A DNA stretch of 64,000 nt from assembly GCA_964016885.1 (NCBI GenBank), contig OZ024745.1, forward strand, positions 90,272,001 through 90,336,000. Reading direction: 5' to 3'. How positions within the stretch are numbered: the first letter of the stretch is position 1; each line of letters begins with the position of its first letter. Shown here in pieces: positions 1-12,364 of this stretch. A program made the translations under genes and the position numbers. The stretch comes from Eledone cirrhosa. Taxonomy: Eukaryota. The notes beneath the pieces were generated by a model. It was not told the origin of the DNA. It did not search any database and saw only the letters and a program-made list of their open reading frames with translations.

Positions 1-60
1 ATATATAGAAAGGATGAATATAAAATGAAAGTGCTTTTTTTAAAAAAGGAATTTATTAGG

Positions 61-177
61 TATTGACATATGTTTCTGTAACAGACTGAATACCTATGTA
101 TCGCTGCTTGCGTAATCATATAATGTTAGCAAGTATTCGATAGCAAATGTATAATCAGTTGTCACTTCTTCAGAGAT
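61..177 (-). ncRNA. Type I hammerhead ribozyme with long stem II, in a Penelope terminal repeat (stem I decayed)
   Basis: Minus strand reads CTGAAGA-A-GTGACA.ACTGA...TCAGT.C.TGTTAC-A-GAAAC-ATAT-GTC-AATA. Homologous to 15649-15769 and lies 3' of the GIY-YIG fragment. Confidence 0.65.
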
Positions 178-645
178 TTTTGATAAATTGGATAAAATAG
201 AAAAATTGAAGTATTTATATTAGTAAAAGAGGAAGAAACAGAGGGGATAGTATATGACAGATGGTCAATTAATTTACTGCTAAACAAGTATATAATGGGT
301 TTCTAATGAGAATACCATGAGTAAATCTAAATAAGAATTTTGGGAGTGCCAATTTTAATCTCTACTCGACCAACTGGACAGTGGACAGGGCTGGTCATTT
401 GGTGCAGTAGTATTAATTATAAAGTGTCAATTGGGGAAGGGGGAGATTTCGATTGCTACTAAATAACATCAATGCTAGTAGCCAGCTGGTATATGCATTA
501 GGGAATTGAATCAATAAATTAGAAATCTCATTTTATCTATAGCAGTTTGTATTAAAAGGTAAATAATAGAAGAGTTGATAGAATTAAGACTAATAAAGAA
601 TGTTAATATCTATTTTGACAATCAAACGGGGATAGAGACAGGCGT

Positions 646-1035
646 TCAATCCTGGTAGTATTTATAATATGAAAATGTAGATTTTAAGCGATGGTTACAG
701 TATAACGATCGCTCTATTCTGTTATTTAATAAAATGTTTTTGGATTTCATAATACAAAATAATTCTACATTACATAATTTACAAAATTCCTGTCCATGGG
801 AATATGGGGGGGGGCAGCCGCTATTATATCCCATTTTAGGTGAAATTGTTGGTTATTTTCACGCAGCTGCCAAGCCTTGTCTGCGAGTGTTGTTACATAA
901 CGCTGGTTTTCATGTTTTATCGAGTAACTATGTCTATAAAGGCGTGATTTGAAGGAGGTGGCTGTAGATCCCACATAGTACCACTTCTGTCTATCCGATT
1001 CGATAGTACATTTGTATACGATGTTGCGTTCAAGA
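646..1035 (-). mobile_element. Penelope-like element, GIY-YIG endonuclease C-terminal fragment (frameshifted)
   Basis: YVGSTATSFKSRLYRH...LKWDII and CKLCNVE...LLNNRIE...CNHR match the C-terminus of the intact ORF at 20752-22428. Confidence 0.85.
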
Positions 1036-1048
1036 CACTGATTTACTC

Positions 1049-1255
1049 AGCTGTAGAAATGAGATGATAGGGACTGGGGTCCCTATCATTCCACTGCAAA
1101 GTGGTCGTGGAGGTGCCATGGCAAAAAAGCACCCAGCACTCACTGTAAATGAGGTTGGTGTTAGGAAGGGCATCCAGCTGTAGAAATCAAGCCAGAATCA
1201 GTTCCCGTCCCACCCTTGCAAGCAGGGAAAAGCGGACGTAAAATGATGATGATGA
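1049..1255 (+). mobile_element. RTE-type 3' end or RTE-dependent SINE with (ATG)n tail
   Basis: GTTGGTGTTAGGAAGGGCATCCAGCTGTAGAAA...GGACGTAAAATGATGATGATG; family recognised from memory. Confidence 0.5.
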
Positions 1256-1289
1256 TATATAAAGGTATATATATGTACATATAGGTATA

Positions 1290-1686
1290 TACGAGGGCAA
1301 TCCCAAAAGTAAGGTCTCCTTCCGATATTGCAACTTTTCCGTTAAAATCCTTTGAATGGTGCTTCGGGAAACCTCAGGAACCAAAATGCAGAGAACATCC
1401 AGAGTGATCCGCCGATCTTTATGCATGTTTTCCTCGGAATGAGACCTTACTTTTGGGATTGCCCTCTATATAATAACTGTGCGAAATTCGCACTTGGCGG
1501 AAGCGTTCGACGGGATCTCCATTCTCAACGGCTGCCAAGCCAAGATTGAGCATCCCAGCGAAGCGCACGCATGCTTGTTTGGGAGTGAAGGAAGCACCAA
1601 TCACAACAGTGTTGCCAACAGCCCTACGAACAATTTCTCTTCGTCCCCATCGCTTTGGAGACCTTACTTTTGAGATTACCCTCGTA
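1290..1686 (-). mobile_element. Mariner deletion derivative with three TIR copies
   Basis: 30-bp TIR TACGAGGGCAATCCCAAAAGTAAGGTCTCC at 1290-1319, inverted copies at 1441-1468 and 1657-1686, TA ends. Transposase fragments DRRITLDVLCILVPEVSRSTIQRILTEKLQYRK and NASAKCEFRTVI on the minus strand. Confidence 0.85.
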
Positions 1687-1708
1687 TATGTATATATAGG
1701 TATATATA

Positions 1709-1875
1709 CACAGATGCCCTCTTCATAGTGAGGAAACTACAAGAGAGGTTCTTAGAGAAGAATAAGCCACTATACTTAGCTTTTGTTGACCTAGAGAAGG
1801 CCTTTGATAGGGTATCCCGATCTGTCATCTGGTGGTCCCTAAGGAAACTAGGGGTAGAGGAATAGCTTGTGAGGC
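1709..1875 (+). mobile_element. RTE-clade LINE reverse transcriptase fragment
   Basis: Translates TDALFIVRKLQERFLEKNKPLYLAFVDLEKAFDRVSRSVIWWSLRKLGVEE*LVR. Confidence 0.85.
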
Positions 1876-1995
1876 ACTTTCATTTTATATTCATCCTTTC
1901 TACGGAATATAATTTATACTCGTTGAGCAAACCTGCACGTACGCTGTTCATCTCTAACGTAACGATATATTATCACTACATTATTGATAACCTGA

Positions 1996-2032
<37 letters not shown>

Positions 2033-2202
2033 TTTTAACTTTAATTATATCTCATAAAATAATACAACTGGCTTTCCACAAAATACATATAGTTAGCACC
2101 CCAAACACTTAAATTGGGTTTATACTAACGTATAACCTAATGTTTGTTGAGTGAGATGGTTACCAGTCGGAGTTTAGCTTTAAGCTATCTCTGTTATTGT
2201 AT

Positions 2203-2283
<81 letters not shown>

Positions 2284-2305
2284 CTGTTCAACACAGTTGA
2301 TCGCA

Positions 2306-2339
<34 letters not shown>

Positions 2340-2544
2340 TGCACTAAAATAGATGCTCATACTCAGAGTTGCCATTCACTCTTTCTCTCTCTCTCTATTC
2401 CACACTCTTCTCTCTGTCTTTCTCTCTCTCTCATACATAAACACACACATATACACACGTGCATGTACACACAGTCGTACACATGCAACCCTATTAAACA
2501 TTCGCGCTGTCTCGTTAACGAACAATAGATTGTATCAAACACAA

Positions 2545-2657
<113 letters not shown>

Positions 2658-2842
2658 TACACACACACTCATATGGATAATCGCAGTGTTGCAAATAAAA
2701 TACTGTTGGTAAACCATACATATTTTACACAGACTACTCACTCATACTACTCACACATATCGTTGCACAACTGTGCAGATGCACTCACGTCATTTCGACA
2801 CTTAATACACACACTCTCTCTCTCTTTCTCTCTCCCTCTTTT

Positions 2843-2890
<48 letters not shown>

Positions 2891-3480
2891 ACACACACAC
2901 ACCCACACATACACTCTGTATCTCTCTCTCACACACACACACTCTCTTTCACACACACACACACTCCCTCTTGAGCTCTCTTACATACATACTCTTGGGT
3001 TTCGAACCATCACCCCCCCCCCCTCCCCCGCTAATTAATTTTTCATATTTATTCCAACCAACCACGAATCTCCCACTTATTAAATTTGACTAATCTCCGA
3101 CGAAGTTTTTTTTAAATTCCTGCTTCAATTGATTTTCTGCATATATTAAGAAACATTATACAGGACAAAAAAAAAGTACATGACTAGAAATCCCATACCT
3201 TATAAAATAAATAGGATGGGTTGGGGTCTCAGTATGTAAACAAAACGACTAATTCTGGTTTCTAAAAAAATCAACGGGGACAACCTAGAAACATTATCGA
3301 TATTCCAACCCACTTGCTTATCCCAGCCCACCCTCTATTATTTGGGATCAGAGAGTACATGTTGGCAGTTACACTGAGGCAGAGATACACATATTCCAGA
3401 ACATCCGTATTTTTCGGTCCGAAGACGCCTCGTCCTCGAGGCCGCACACTAATTTTGACAAACGAAATTTTGAAATAAAA

Positions 3481-3554
3481 ATAATTGTTTCTACTTTAGG
3501 CACAAGGCCAGCAATTACTCAGTACATTACTGGTACTTTATTTTATCGACCCCG
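3481..3554 (-). mobile_element. tRNA-derived SINE family 1, 3' fragment
   Basis: Matches the 3' half of 7401-7596. Confidence 0.8.
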
Positions 3555-3771
3555 TTGATAAATTCAGGGTTGTTTTATTATTGTAGTAGTGTTATAAATT
3601 AATATTTATGAAATATAAAATATTAATGGTTATTAATTATATATAAAAAAATATTTGTTATTCTTATCTTTTCAACTTGTGTGGAGAGAGTTAAAAAAAT
3701 GTTTTATAACTAGATAGGGTTTTATATAGTTTATATATGTATATATAATATATATATATATATGTGTGACA

Positions 3772-3812
<41 letters not shown>

Positions 3813-3814
<2 letters not shown>

Positions 3815-4971
3815 GTGGTAGAACACTGGAAGGTAATATCCGTAGTGGTAGAACACTCAGTCCATGGGACGAGTTAGGTAGAAGTGGTTACACAACAGTT
3901 AGTTCACCATACCGAGAACAATTGTTTCACCTTAGCGAATCCTCAGCTCGTAATGAACATGGTTATACGAAACGGGAAGGGCAACCGTACGAACGCGCAT
4001 GCGTAGAAACGGTCACTTCACTCAGGCAATACTTCTCGTAACCTATCACTTACTCTCCCACTAACAACAACAGCAATAAGAAAAGAAAGCGTAACAATAG
4101 ACAAACTATCTGGTTCTCTCCTCCCTTCTCACTCAACGTTAAAATCAATGTAGGCAAAAGATTTTTAGCCCTCTTAGATAGACACTTTCCCATAGGTCAT
4201 AAGTAACGCTCCATCTTTAACCGACACAAAGTAAAACTAGGATACTCATGCGCTAAGAATATGAAGATCAACACCCCACCCAGGTGCTTTTGCCGTAAGC
4301 CCGAATATTGTGCCCTTCAACAGCAATGCGACACACCCGCTATAGTTTATGAAGCTGTGGTCACTTCCAACCGACTAAATCAATCACAGGAGGTCAAATC
4401 CTATGTGGGTATGGCGGAGGGCCGTTTTAAGGAAAGCTTCCTGAACCAGCAGTCGACCTTCAGGTACCCGGACAGACGTTCATCCACGAAACTCGCGAGC
4501 CACGTATGGTCCCTCAAGGACTCAAGTATAGACTACTCCATTCAATTGAAAGCCATCACTAAGTCCAAACCATACGCAAGGGGCAATCCGTCGTGTGGAC
4601 TATGTATTGATGAACGTATAAATATTCTAAACAGATAACGCAATAGCGATTGCCTAAACTCAAGAAATGAATTCTTCAGACGTTGTACACACGTCTGGAA
4701 ACACCTCTTATATAACTACAAAGCTCCGGATTGAATTACAACAACATCCTAATTTTCTTATCAACTAGAAACTTTCGTACTTTCGCAGTTATCTCCCTTA
4801 CACCTCTCGCACGCAATTTAGTATTGCCTGAGTGAAGTGACCGTTTCTGCGCATGCGCGTTCGTACGGTTGTCCTTCCTGTTCCGTATAACGATGTCCAT
4901 TACGAGCTGGGGATCCGCTAAGGTGAAACAATTGTTCTCGGTATGGTGAACTAACTGTTGTGTAACCACTT
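3813..4971 (+). mobile_element. Penelope-like element (family A), 5'-truncated, with inverted terminal repeat at the 5' end
   Basis: IWFSPPFSLNVKINVGKRFL and GIY-YIG ORF 4261-4638 (AIVYEA...SYVGMAEGRFK, CGLC). 3882-4032 is the reverse complement of 4820-4971. (TA)n flanks. Confidence 0.9.
3913..3950 (-). ncRNA. Minimal type I hammerhead ribozyme
   Basis: CGAG-CTGAGGA-TTCGCTAAGGT-GAAAC-AATT-GTT-CTCG. The mirror copy at 4903-4940 has a CTGGGGA core. Confidence 0.65.
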
Positions 4972-5000
4972 ATATATATATATCTATATATATATATATA

Positions 5001-6479
5001 ATTTTATTTTTATTTGCCACCAGGGCATCAAAAAGTGCGACAAGTACAATGGGTGAAGTTTACATAACAAGGCGTCCTCAATAAGGAGGAGGCAATAACA
5101 AAATATAAAAATAAAATAAAATATAACAAAATAAAATTTATAACAAAATCCTCAATAGAGAGGAGGCACCTTGGGGGGTCGCACCCCCCCCCCCCCAAAA
5201 AAGTGTGCAACCCTTCTCCTCAGGAGCACAGAGAGGGGGTGCTCCTTTGGTCTTTCATCTTCCTCACCTATATTCTGATGTAGAGTGAAGGCCCATTCAC
5301 ACGGGCCATTCTCGCCACTTTCACCCATCTTTCATAAAAACGGCTGGGGTGCAGCACCTCTCTCTCCATCCTGATACTTCTTCCGAAATAATATCGGAAG
5401 AAACGGACCAGTTGTTGCCACAGAGAAAGGTGTCTGACCTCAGTCCTTTCAGACGCGTCCACCATACAACCTCTTTCGCCATGGCTATTACACACAGAAA
5501 CACCGCCTCTCCTTCGTTTTTGAAGAAGGGAGGCGGCTTGATCGTTACAATAGACTCGGTGGTCAACCGGATCGGTCCCACCCTTGACAGTAGTTGTTCG
5601 ACATAGCCCCACAGATGAGCAATGCCCGAGCAGTGTACCAATGCGTGTGCAGCGGTTTCCTCGTCGCACACGCATCTGGGACAGATCTTTTTCGAAGGGT
5701 CCCTACCCGGGCGCCCGTGCCTGTAGAGCCTTTCTCGAACGGGCTGAGCCCTTCTGTAGCACTGCCAGACCAGGGACCTCTGGAAGTTATCCATGGGTCC
5801 CGGGCTGAATGTCCTACCGAACAGGTTGGCCAGTTCGTCTTCCTCCATGCCTAGGGCTTCTCCGAGGGCGCCGTCGCACCTGCTAACCACCAGCCCTCTA
5901 TAGAATGACGAGGTGGATTCTCCACTGACAGCCGGGTCCGCCTGCCAGAGAGCCGTGAGCGCCTGGGCACACTCGGTGTGCCAGGCGCCCAGTTTTCTCG
6001 GTCTTTGCTTGACACAGGATTGCAGCTCGGTGAGTCAGACGAGTCTGGGAAGGGCTCGCCTCACAAACGGGGCCCACACCGGTTGACCGGTGAGGAATAC
6101 CTGGAGGTGCCGTAGCCTTAATGCGTGTTTACGTATCATTAGCCACGGCATCCCCAGCCCTCCTTTCGAAGGGTGTTGACAGCAGATGGATCTCCTCACC
6201 ATAGGAGCCCGCTTCTTCCAAAGGAATTGGAAGAGTGCGCGCTCCATTTTGGCGAGCGTTTCCCTTGGGCAAGGCACAACGGTCAGGCGGTAGTAGATGA
6301 CGGACGCTATATAAGTGTTCGCCACCTCCGCCCGACCTTTCAGGGACAGTCTGCACTCGGCCCACTTCTGGGTCAGTGTAAATACCCTGTTCGTTACCTC
6401 ACCCCAGTTCTTCTCCACCTGGAGGTCTGGTCCGAACCAGACCCCGAGCAACTTCACCGGGCCCTCCGTCCAGCGCCCG
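5001..6479 (-). mobile_element. L1/Tx1-clade LINE copy D, 5'-truncated (ORF2 C-terminus and 3' UTR), flanked by (TA)n
   Basis: KLLGVWFGPDLQ...GGLGMP and CPRCVCDEETAAHALVHC. 3' end GCCCTGGTGGCAAATAAA resembles copies A and B. Confidence 0.9.
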
Positions 6480-6494
6480 ATATATATATATATT

Positions 6495-7250
6495 CAGATT
6501 GTGCAGAGAGAGTTGAAGTTTTTTATGACAAGATAGGAATTGTATAATATATACTGGAATAATTGGTGTTATATTGTTATATACACAGTTGTCTGCTGTT
6601 TATTTAGTGTTATATATTGAGAGTATATTAGGATGTCTAAATTATTTATTTATTTGGTTATTAGAATTGCATTAGGTGAAAGATCAAAGAAGGGGTTTAT
6701 TAACTAAGGAGAAATATCGGACAGGATATAGGTTGGTGTGGTTTTTTAATTACGGTGTAGTGCTATATTTACGAACATCTAATTGGATAAATTTAAAGGT
6801 GGTGGTCTAGTATTATCTCTGACATTGGTTTTTATTTTTATTATTATTATTATTAGTTACTAGGTTTGAAGTAGTGGAAAGAGAATCTATGGTAATGTGG
6901 ACACGTGGAGAAGATCTCTGATTTCCTATTTAGCAGGCTAAGATTAGAATGAATAATAGTTCTAGACTCGAGGATGCAAAGGTTGGTCGAGGATGTTAGG
7001 TGGTCTATATGAAGGGGTCTTAGGTATCACTTCTAATTTTAAGGTGTATGGTATATTACTTGATTTTAATGAGTGTATGTGGATAGTGAGGTTAAATTGC
7101 TAAGTCTACGGTTTCTGAACGAATGAAGGTGCGAATTATATCTGGTCTTAAAGCTATTCGATGTTGAACCTATATATACTTTCGAGATATGATAAGCAGT
7201 TACCGTACAGGAGAAGATAATGTCTTTAATAAGGCAGTTCTTACTTAATG
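6495..7250 (-). mobile_element. Possible heavily decayed Penelope-like remnant
   Basis: Only FKFIQLDVRKY (about 6765-6800, minus) resembles the KFIQLDI motif of other copies. Confidence 0.3.
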
Positions 7251-7400
7251 GGCATGTTCTGTTAGGTCTACAATTACAATTGTTTTGGTAACTAGCATAC
7301 TGGTTAAGTGGGTATTAATTTGAGTGGTTATTTCTGTTTCTACTTCTAGTATTAGGATTATGGTAAGTATTATTATCATTATTATTGGTATTATTATAAG

Positions 7401-7596
7401 GGCGGTGGATTGGCAGTATCGGTAGAGGGTCGGACGATATGCTTTGATGCATAGAGTTACGGCCCTTGCCATTCTGAGTTCGAATCCCGATGATGTTAAC
7501 TTTGCTTTTCATTCTTACGGGGTCAATAAAATAAAGTACCAGTAATGCACTGGGTAATTGCTGGCCTTGTGCCAAAAAGTAGAAACAATTATTATT
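7401..7596 (+). mobile_element. tRNA-derived SINE family 1, full length, (ATT)n tail
   Basis: A-box-like TGGCAGTATCGG, B box GAGTTCGAATCC, core CTTTCAT..TACGGGGTCGATAAAATAAAGTACCAG (possibly MetaSINE-like, from memory). At least 8 copies in the window. Confidence 0.85.
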
Positions 7597-7604
7597 GGTA
7601 TTAT

Positions 7605-7925
7605 TAGTATTACTTGCAGTATAGTCCTGCACTGTGTTAATGTTAAAGTTATTTCTATGCTGGACATTATTACCTTGGTGTAATCTGAAGTACTTTTTAA
7701 TCTTTCTCTTGTTGGGTCAGGCTATATGGTCTGCGATGTTAGGTGTGGTGGAGTAGGAGATTTTAATGGTATTTTTGTTAAATAGGTTGTGGTATTTATG
7801 GTTAATTGGGAAGTTTTTATCTAAAATAGAGAAGAAAGCTTGTATGTTTGTTGAGATATTTAAGTTTAACGGAGGATTAAAAAATGTGTTACTTCTTCTT
7901 TTCTTCTTATGATTATTTACATTAT
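7605..7925 (-). mobile_element. Penelope-like fragment (RT-EN linker)
   Basis: FFNPPLNLNISTNI...HKYHNLFNKNTIKISYSTTPN. Confidence 0.85.
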
Positions 7926-7964
7926 TGTTTTGTGTGGTGTTAGGTACCTTATTATTTATATTTT

Positions 7965-8045
<81 letters not shown>

Positions 8046-8220
8046 CACATATATATATATACGCAGCTGAAAAGAGGGTAATAGCCCAGAAATACCATGC
8101 CATAATATACTGCGTAAAACATTACTTTACTTTGTTTTGCTTCATTTTCCATCATTTTCATTTGCCTTTCATATTTTCTACCACATTGTACCGGCTTTTA
8201 AAAAACATACCGGTCATTTA

Positions 8221-8349
<129 letters not shown>

Positions 8350-8473
8350 TGCAAATAAACTAGTTATTAATAATTTAGCGTTAACAAAATATATATTGCC
8401 ACGAAAAAAGCCATTTACAAAATCGTGGATAATATCTACGATTCCGTATATATATATTCTGTGTATATATATA

Positions 8474-8575
8474 TACAGGGTGTCTCAAAATAATGTATAC
8501 ACATTTTGATTACCTGTACAGGCAATATTTATTAGAATGCGGTTGAAGTATGTATACATTTTTAATGACACCGTA
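8474..8575. mobile_element. Tc1/mariner-type MITE, about 100 bp
   Basis: TA-CAGGGTGTC..AATGTATACA TIRs in (TA)n; second copy at 12968-13068. Confidence 0.7.
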
Positions 8576-8719
8576 TATATATATATATATATATGTAGAT
8601 AAATCTACCAAAATATACGGTAGTGTCCAATCCGTACGATCGTAAAATGATGAATTTTTTAATATAAGGAACTTGTTCTTTGTTTTTATGTCATTGTTTT
8701 TATTAAAATATATATATAT

Positions 8720-9042
8720 ATAGTATAAAAAAAACGAAAAATCAATGATGCATCTGGACTCAGTTTATTGCGTGTTACAATTGTTTCGCCGGCAGGTAGC
8801 TCGAGACATGATCACTTTATGGATCTGGCTGATTCTATGGCTGCAGGTTCCTTCGGACACGAGCAGTTCGTTCGGAGAAAATTTTCTCTGAACGAACTGC
8901 CCGTGTCCGAAGGAACCTGCAGCCATAGAATCAGCCAGATCCATAAAGTGATCATATCTCGAGCTACCTGCCGGCGAAACAATTGTAACACGCAATAAAC
9001 TGAGTCCAGATGCATAACTGATTTTTCGTTTTTTTATACTAT
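8720..9042. repeat. Near-perfect 323-bp palindrome (fold-back of a Penelope-type terminal repeat)
   Basis: Arms of about 161 bp, no spacer, centre at 8881/8882, few mismatches. Confidence 0.95.
8902..8992 (+). ncRNA. Degenerate hammerhead with 62-nt stem II (mirrored on the minus strand)
   Basis: CGTGT-CCGAAGG-AACCTGCAG...CTGCCGGC-GAAAC-AATT-GTA-ACACG; 5-bp stem I, two core mismatches. Confidence 0.55.
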
Positions 9043-9143
9043 CCACAATCTGCTCTGTATGAATATAGAGTGCTAATTTTGGCATACCGCCTATGGAAGC
9101 ACCATAGCTACCATTATACACACGTATATATATATATATATAT

Positions 9144-9250
9144 ATAAATGGAAAAAATGAAATGAAATTTCATTTCGCACTCTTAGTACGGCTGTTACTT
9201 AAATATAAGTATGTATACGTACATACATATATGTATACAGACGTACAGTA

Positions 9251-9349
<99 letters not shown>

Positions 9350-9698
9350 CATGCACACATATATATATGTACATATGGATTTACCGAACATTTATTATAA
9401 TGCTCGGTTTGTTTGTAAACAAACATCCCGAATTAAGCTGTACAGTGTTTAGCAACCATCGTTGCCCTTTTGTTCAGCACTGGCAAAGGAACGATGTACT
9501 AGTTTCAAGCTTATTAGCTATCGTCAGCACTGCATACATTCCTGCCAGATGATTGAACGTCTGAAAGTATATACTTTCCTTATGCATATTAACGACTGAG
9601 CAGCCTAATTTGCATATCGAGTGAGTTAATCGGCCTGGCGCACCAAAAACGATAAATGGAAAAAATGAAACGAAATTTCATTTCTCACTCTTAGTACG
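9144..9698. repeat. Unit bounded by 47-bp direct repeats (9144-9190, 9652-9698); probable Penelope terminal-repeat remnant
   Basis: 45/47 identical; weak hammerhead-like CAGATGA...GAAAG near 9546-9565. Confidence 0.5.
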
Positions 9699-10104
9699 CA
9701 TTATTTCTTATCAATTTTTGCTGTGTGATCACATGGCGTGATATATAGGTGAGAATATCTGAATACCTGTGTGTTGAAAACAAGAGATAACTACACATAT
9801 TTGAATGTAAGGTATTATATATATTTACTTACATATACACATATACACATATACACACACATATCTTCTTAGCTTCTTACGGACACACACACACATACAC
9901 GCACAAGTATAGTTCTATATTCTTTTCTATTTCTGGAGACGCGCTCTATCATCCATTTTTTAAATAAAATATACCATACATAAAACGCCAGCATCAACAG
10001 TTTTCCAAGAGATGGCAACATGGATGGACCTGTTATTTTCCTCTAGAAACATTTTTTTTATTCCGCCCCAGCCGTTCCTTCAATCGTTCTAATTTCTCAT
10101 TCTT

Positions 10105-10140
10105 GCTTCTGATGAAGGACTCGTGTCCGAAACGTTAAGC
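10105..10140 (+). ncRNA. Minimal type I hammerhead ribozyme, intact core
   Basis: GCTT-CTGATGA-A-GGAC-TCGT-GTCC-GAAACGTT-AAGC. Upstream sequence (about 9997-10085) has a paralog at 22765-22853. Confidence 0.8.
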
Positions 10141-10221
10141 CCCTTTTCCTGCTATTTCAAACGTTAACCTAATATTTTCCTTCCATATACTGAACCGATT
10201 GTGAGGTTATTTCTGTTTACC

Positions 10222-10360
<139 letters not shown>

Positions 10361-10463
10361 GGAGAATTCTATACGTTGATAAAACAAGGCGTTCAGATAT
10401 TTAAAGCTTAAATGTGCTTGAATTTGGTGACTTATTTCTTTGTTTATTTATATATATATATAT

Positions 10464-11008
10464 ACTAACAGAATGGCCCGGCGTTGCTCGGAATTCTAAA
10501 CATAGATTGGCATGTTTATCCCTCCTTTCTGAAACAGTTTCGTCGTATGTTCACCAATTGATGCAGAAGTCCTAATAAAAAGGGAAGTTGCCTTGGGTGA
10601 ATAGGCAAATCATTTTCCATTAAGATTTTTCAAAAGCATGTAATTGCGTTCCCTCTCTTTTTGTTGTTGTTTTTGCTGCTGTTGGTCGTACTACTAACAC
10701 AGTCTCATTCTTATTCAGCCAATCCCCTTCTGCCTCGTCAGCAATGAGAAAAATATTGGCTCTATGGTTCTTATATATTTGATATATATTTATCCTTATC
10801 GAGCCTCGTGAAATAAATACGTTTGTTTATATTTTGTTATTGTGTATGCAAAAATATCTGTACACGAATATATAATTATATATATATATATTAAAATAAC
10901 AGATCAAAGTTTAAGCGAAGAATCGCTGCTTTCACCCTTAACGGAATCTTCTGAAACTAAAAAAATCAATCTGTGAACGCAAAAGTAAATATTTCGAAAA
11001 ACGTTACA

Positions 11009-11058
<50 letters not shown>

Positions 11059-11552
11059 AGGTATATTTCCTTAGGTCCTTTTGGAAGCCTCGACAATGCA
11101 GATGGGTAAATCTCCGGGTAACAAGATCCGGAGAGGGATATGTAAGTGGATGTAAGTTGAGATGTGTCGCGTGTAGAAGAATGTAGGAGGGAGCGTAAAG
11201 GATAAAAATAATAACACGAGATAGAGTTACCCTGGGAGAGATTTAATTGTCCCTATATATTTCGGATTCACATCCATCAACTGGGGGGGGGTCCGGGGGG
11301 GTTTGTCTGTCGGAAAGGTGCGAAACGTGTCCACCGCTGATCGTTGTTTTGAATATCTGAGGTATTCAGCAGAGCGCGCGTGCGCGTAAAATGGGGTCGG
11401 TCAAGCAGAGGTCGGCGGCCGAAATAGTTCTTTCAATTGTGGGAGTGGGATGGCTTTAGCTGTCAGTCCATTGTATTATCTGCCCTGTTGAATAGTGTGT
11501 GGTTGTGATAGTATTCTCTGCCTGTTTGGTGAATGTTACAGTGTGTGTGTGT

Positions 11553-11628
<76 letters not shown>

Positions 11629-11866
11629 GTGCGTGAGTTGTTGTCTCGCTTGAGTGTTTGCGTGAGTTGTTGTCTCGCTTGAGTGTGTGTGTGTGTGCGT
11701 GTGTTGTTGCCTCATTCGTCTGTATTAGCAGTGTAGTATGTTCGTATGGTGGAATGCTACTGTGTGTGTGTGCGTGTGTTGCTGTCTGTCTCGCTTGTGT
11801 GTCCGTGTGTTGCTGCATCGTTTGTTTACTTAAACCAACCACTTCATTTCGCTTCTCTTGGCTCGG

Positions 11867-11939
<73 letters not shown>

Positions 11940-12222
11940 TATATATATACACACACACTATATATATATACATATATACACACACACACACAGATAGTGT
12001 CATAATGTCGTAATGCAGACATCCAGACATACAGACAGGTATTGTAAGGGCGCGACGTTATAGCTATGTATCTATCTAAAAAGACAGACTAAGAAAGATA
12101 GAGAGAGATCGCCAACCGGCGCCTAATGTAGTCCCTAGGGCATTGAAAATTTGAAAAACATCGGTTGGGTGGTTCTTGAGTTTTAGGGAGTCAGACAGAC
12201 AGACATTCTTTGTTTTAGATAT
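10464..12222 (+). mobile_element. Possible non-autonomous Helentron/HINE-like element with nested insertions
   Basis: 5' ACTAAC..GCCCGGCGTTGCTCGG and 3' ...CAGACAGACAGACATTCTTTGTTTTAGATATA termini recalled from this class; that the two ends belong together is inferred. Confidence 0.35.
11251..11285 (-). ncRNA. Degenerate minimal hammerhead
   Basis: CCC-CAGTTGA-T-GGAT-GTGA-ATCC-GAAAT-AT-ATA-GGG; stems intact, core mutated. Confidence 0.5.
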
Positions 12223-12364
12223 ATATAAATATATAATAATAATAATAATATATATAGTTATGTATATAGTATAAACAACTATAAACAGTTCCTACTACCT
12301 TATTACCAGTAAGAGAAATAGCTCAATGTAAGAACATCAGTTGTTTTACAGAGCAGGAAATAAA

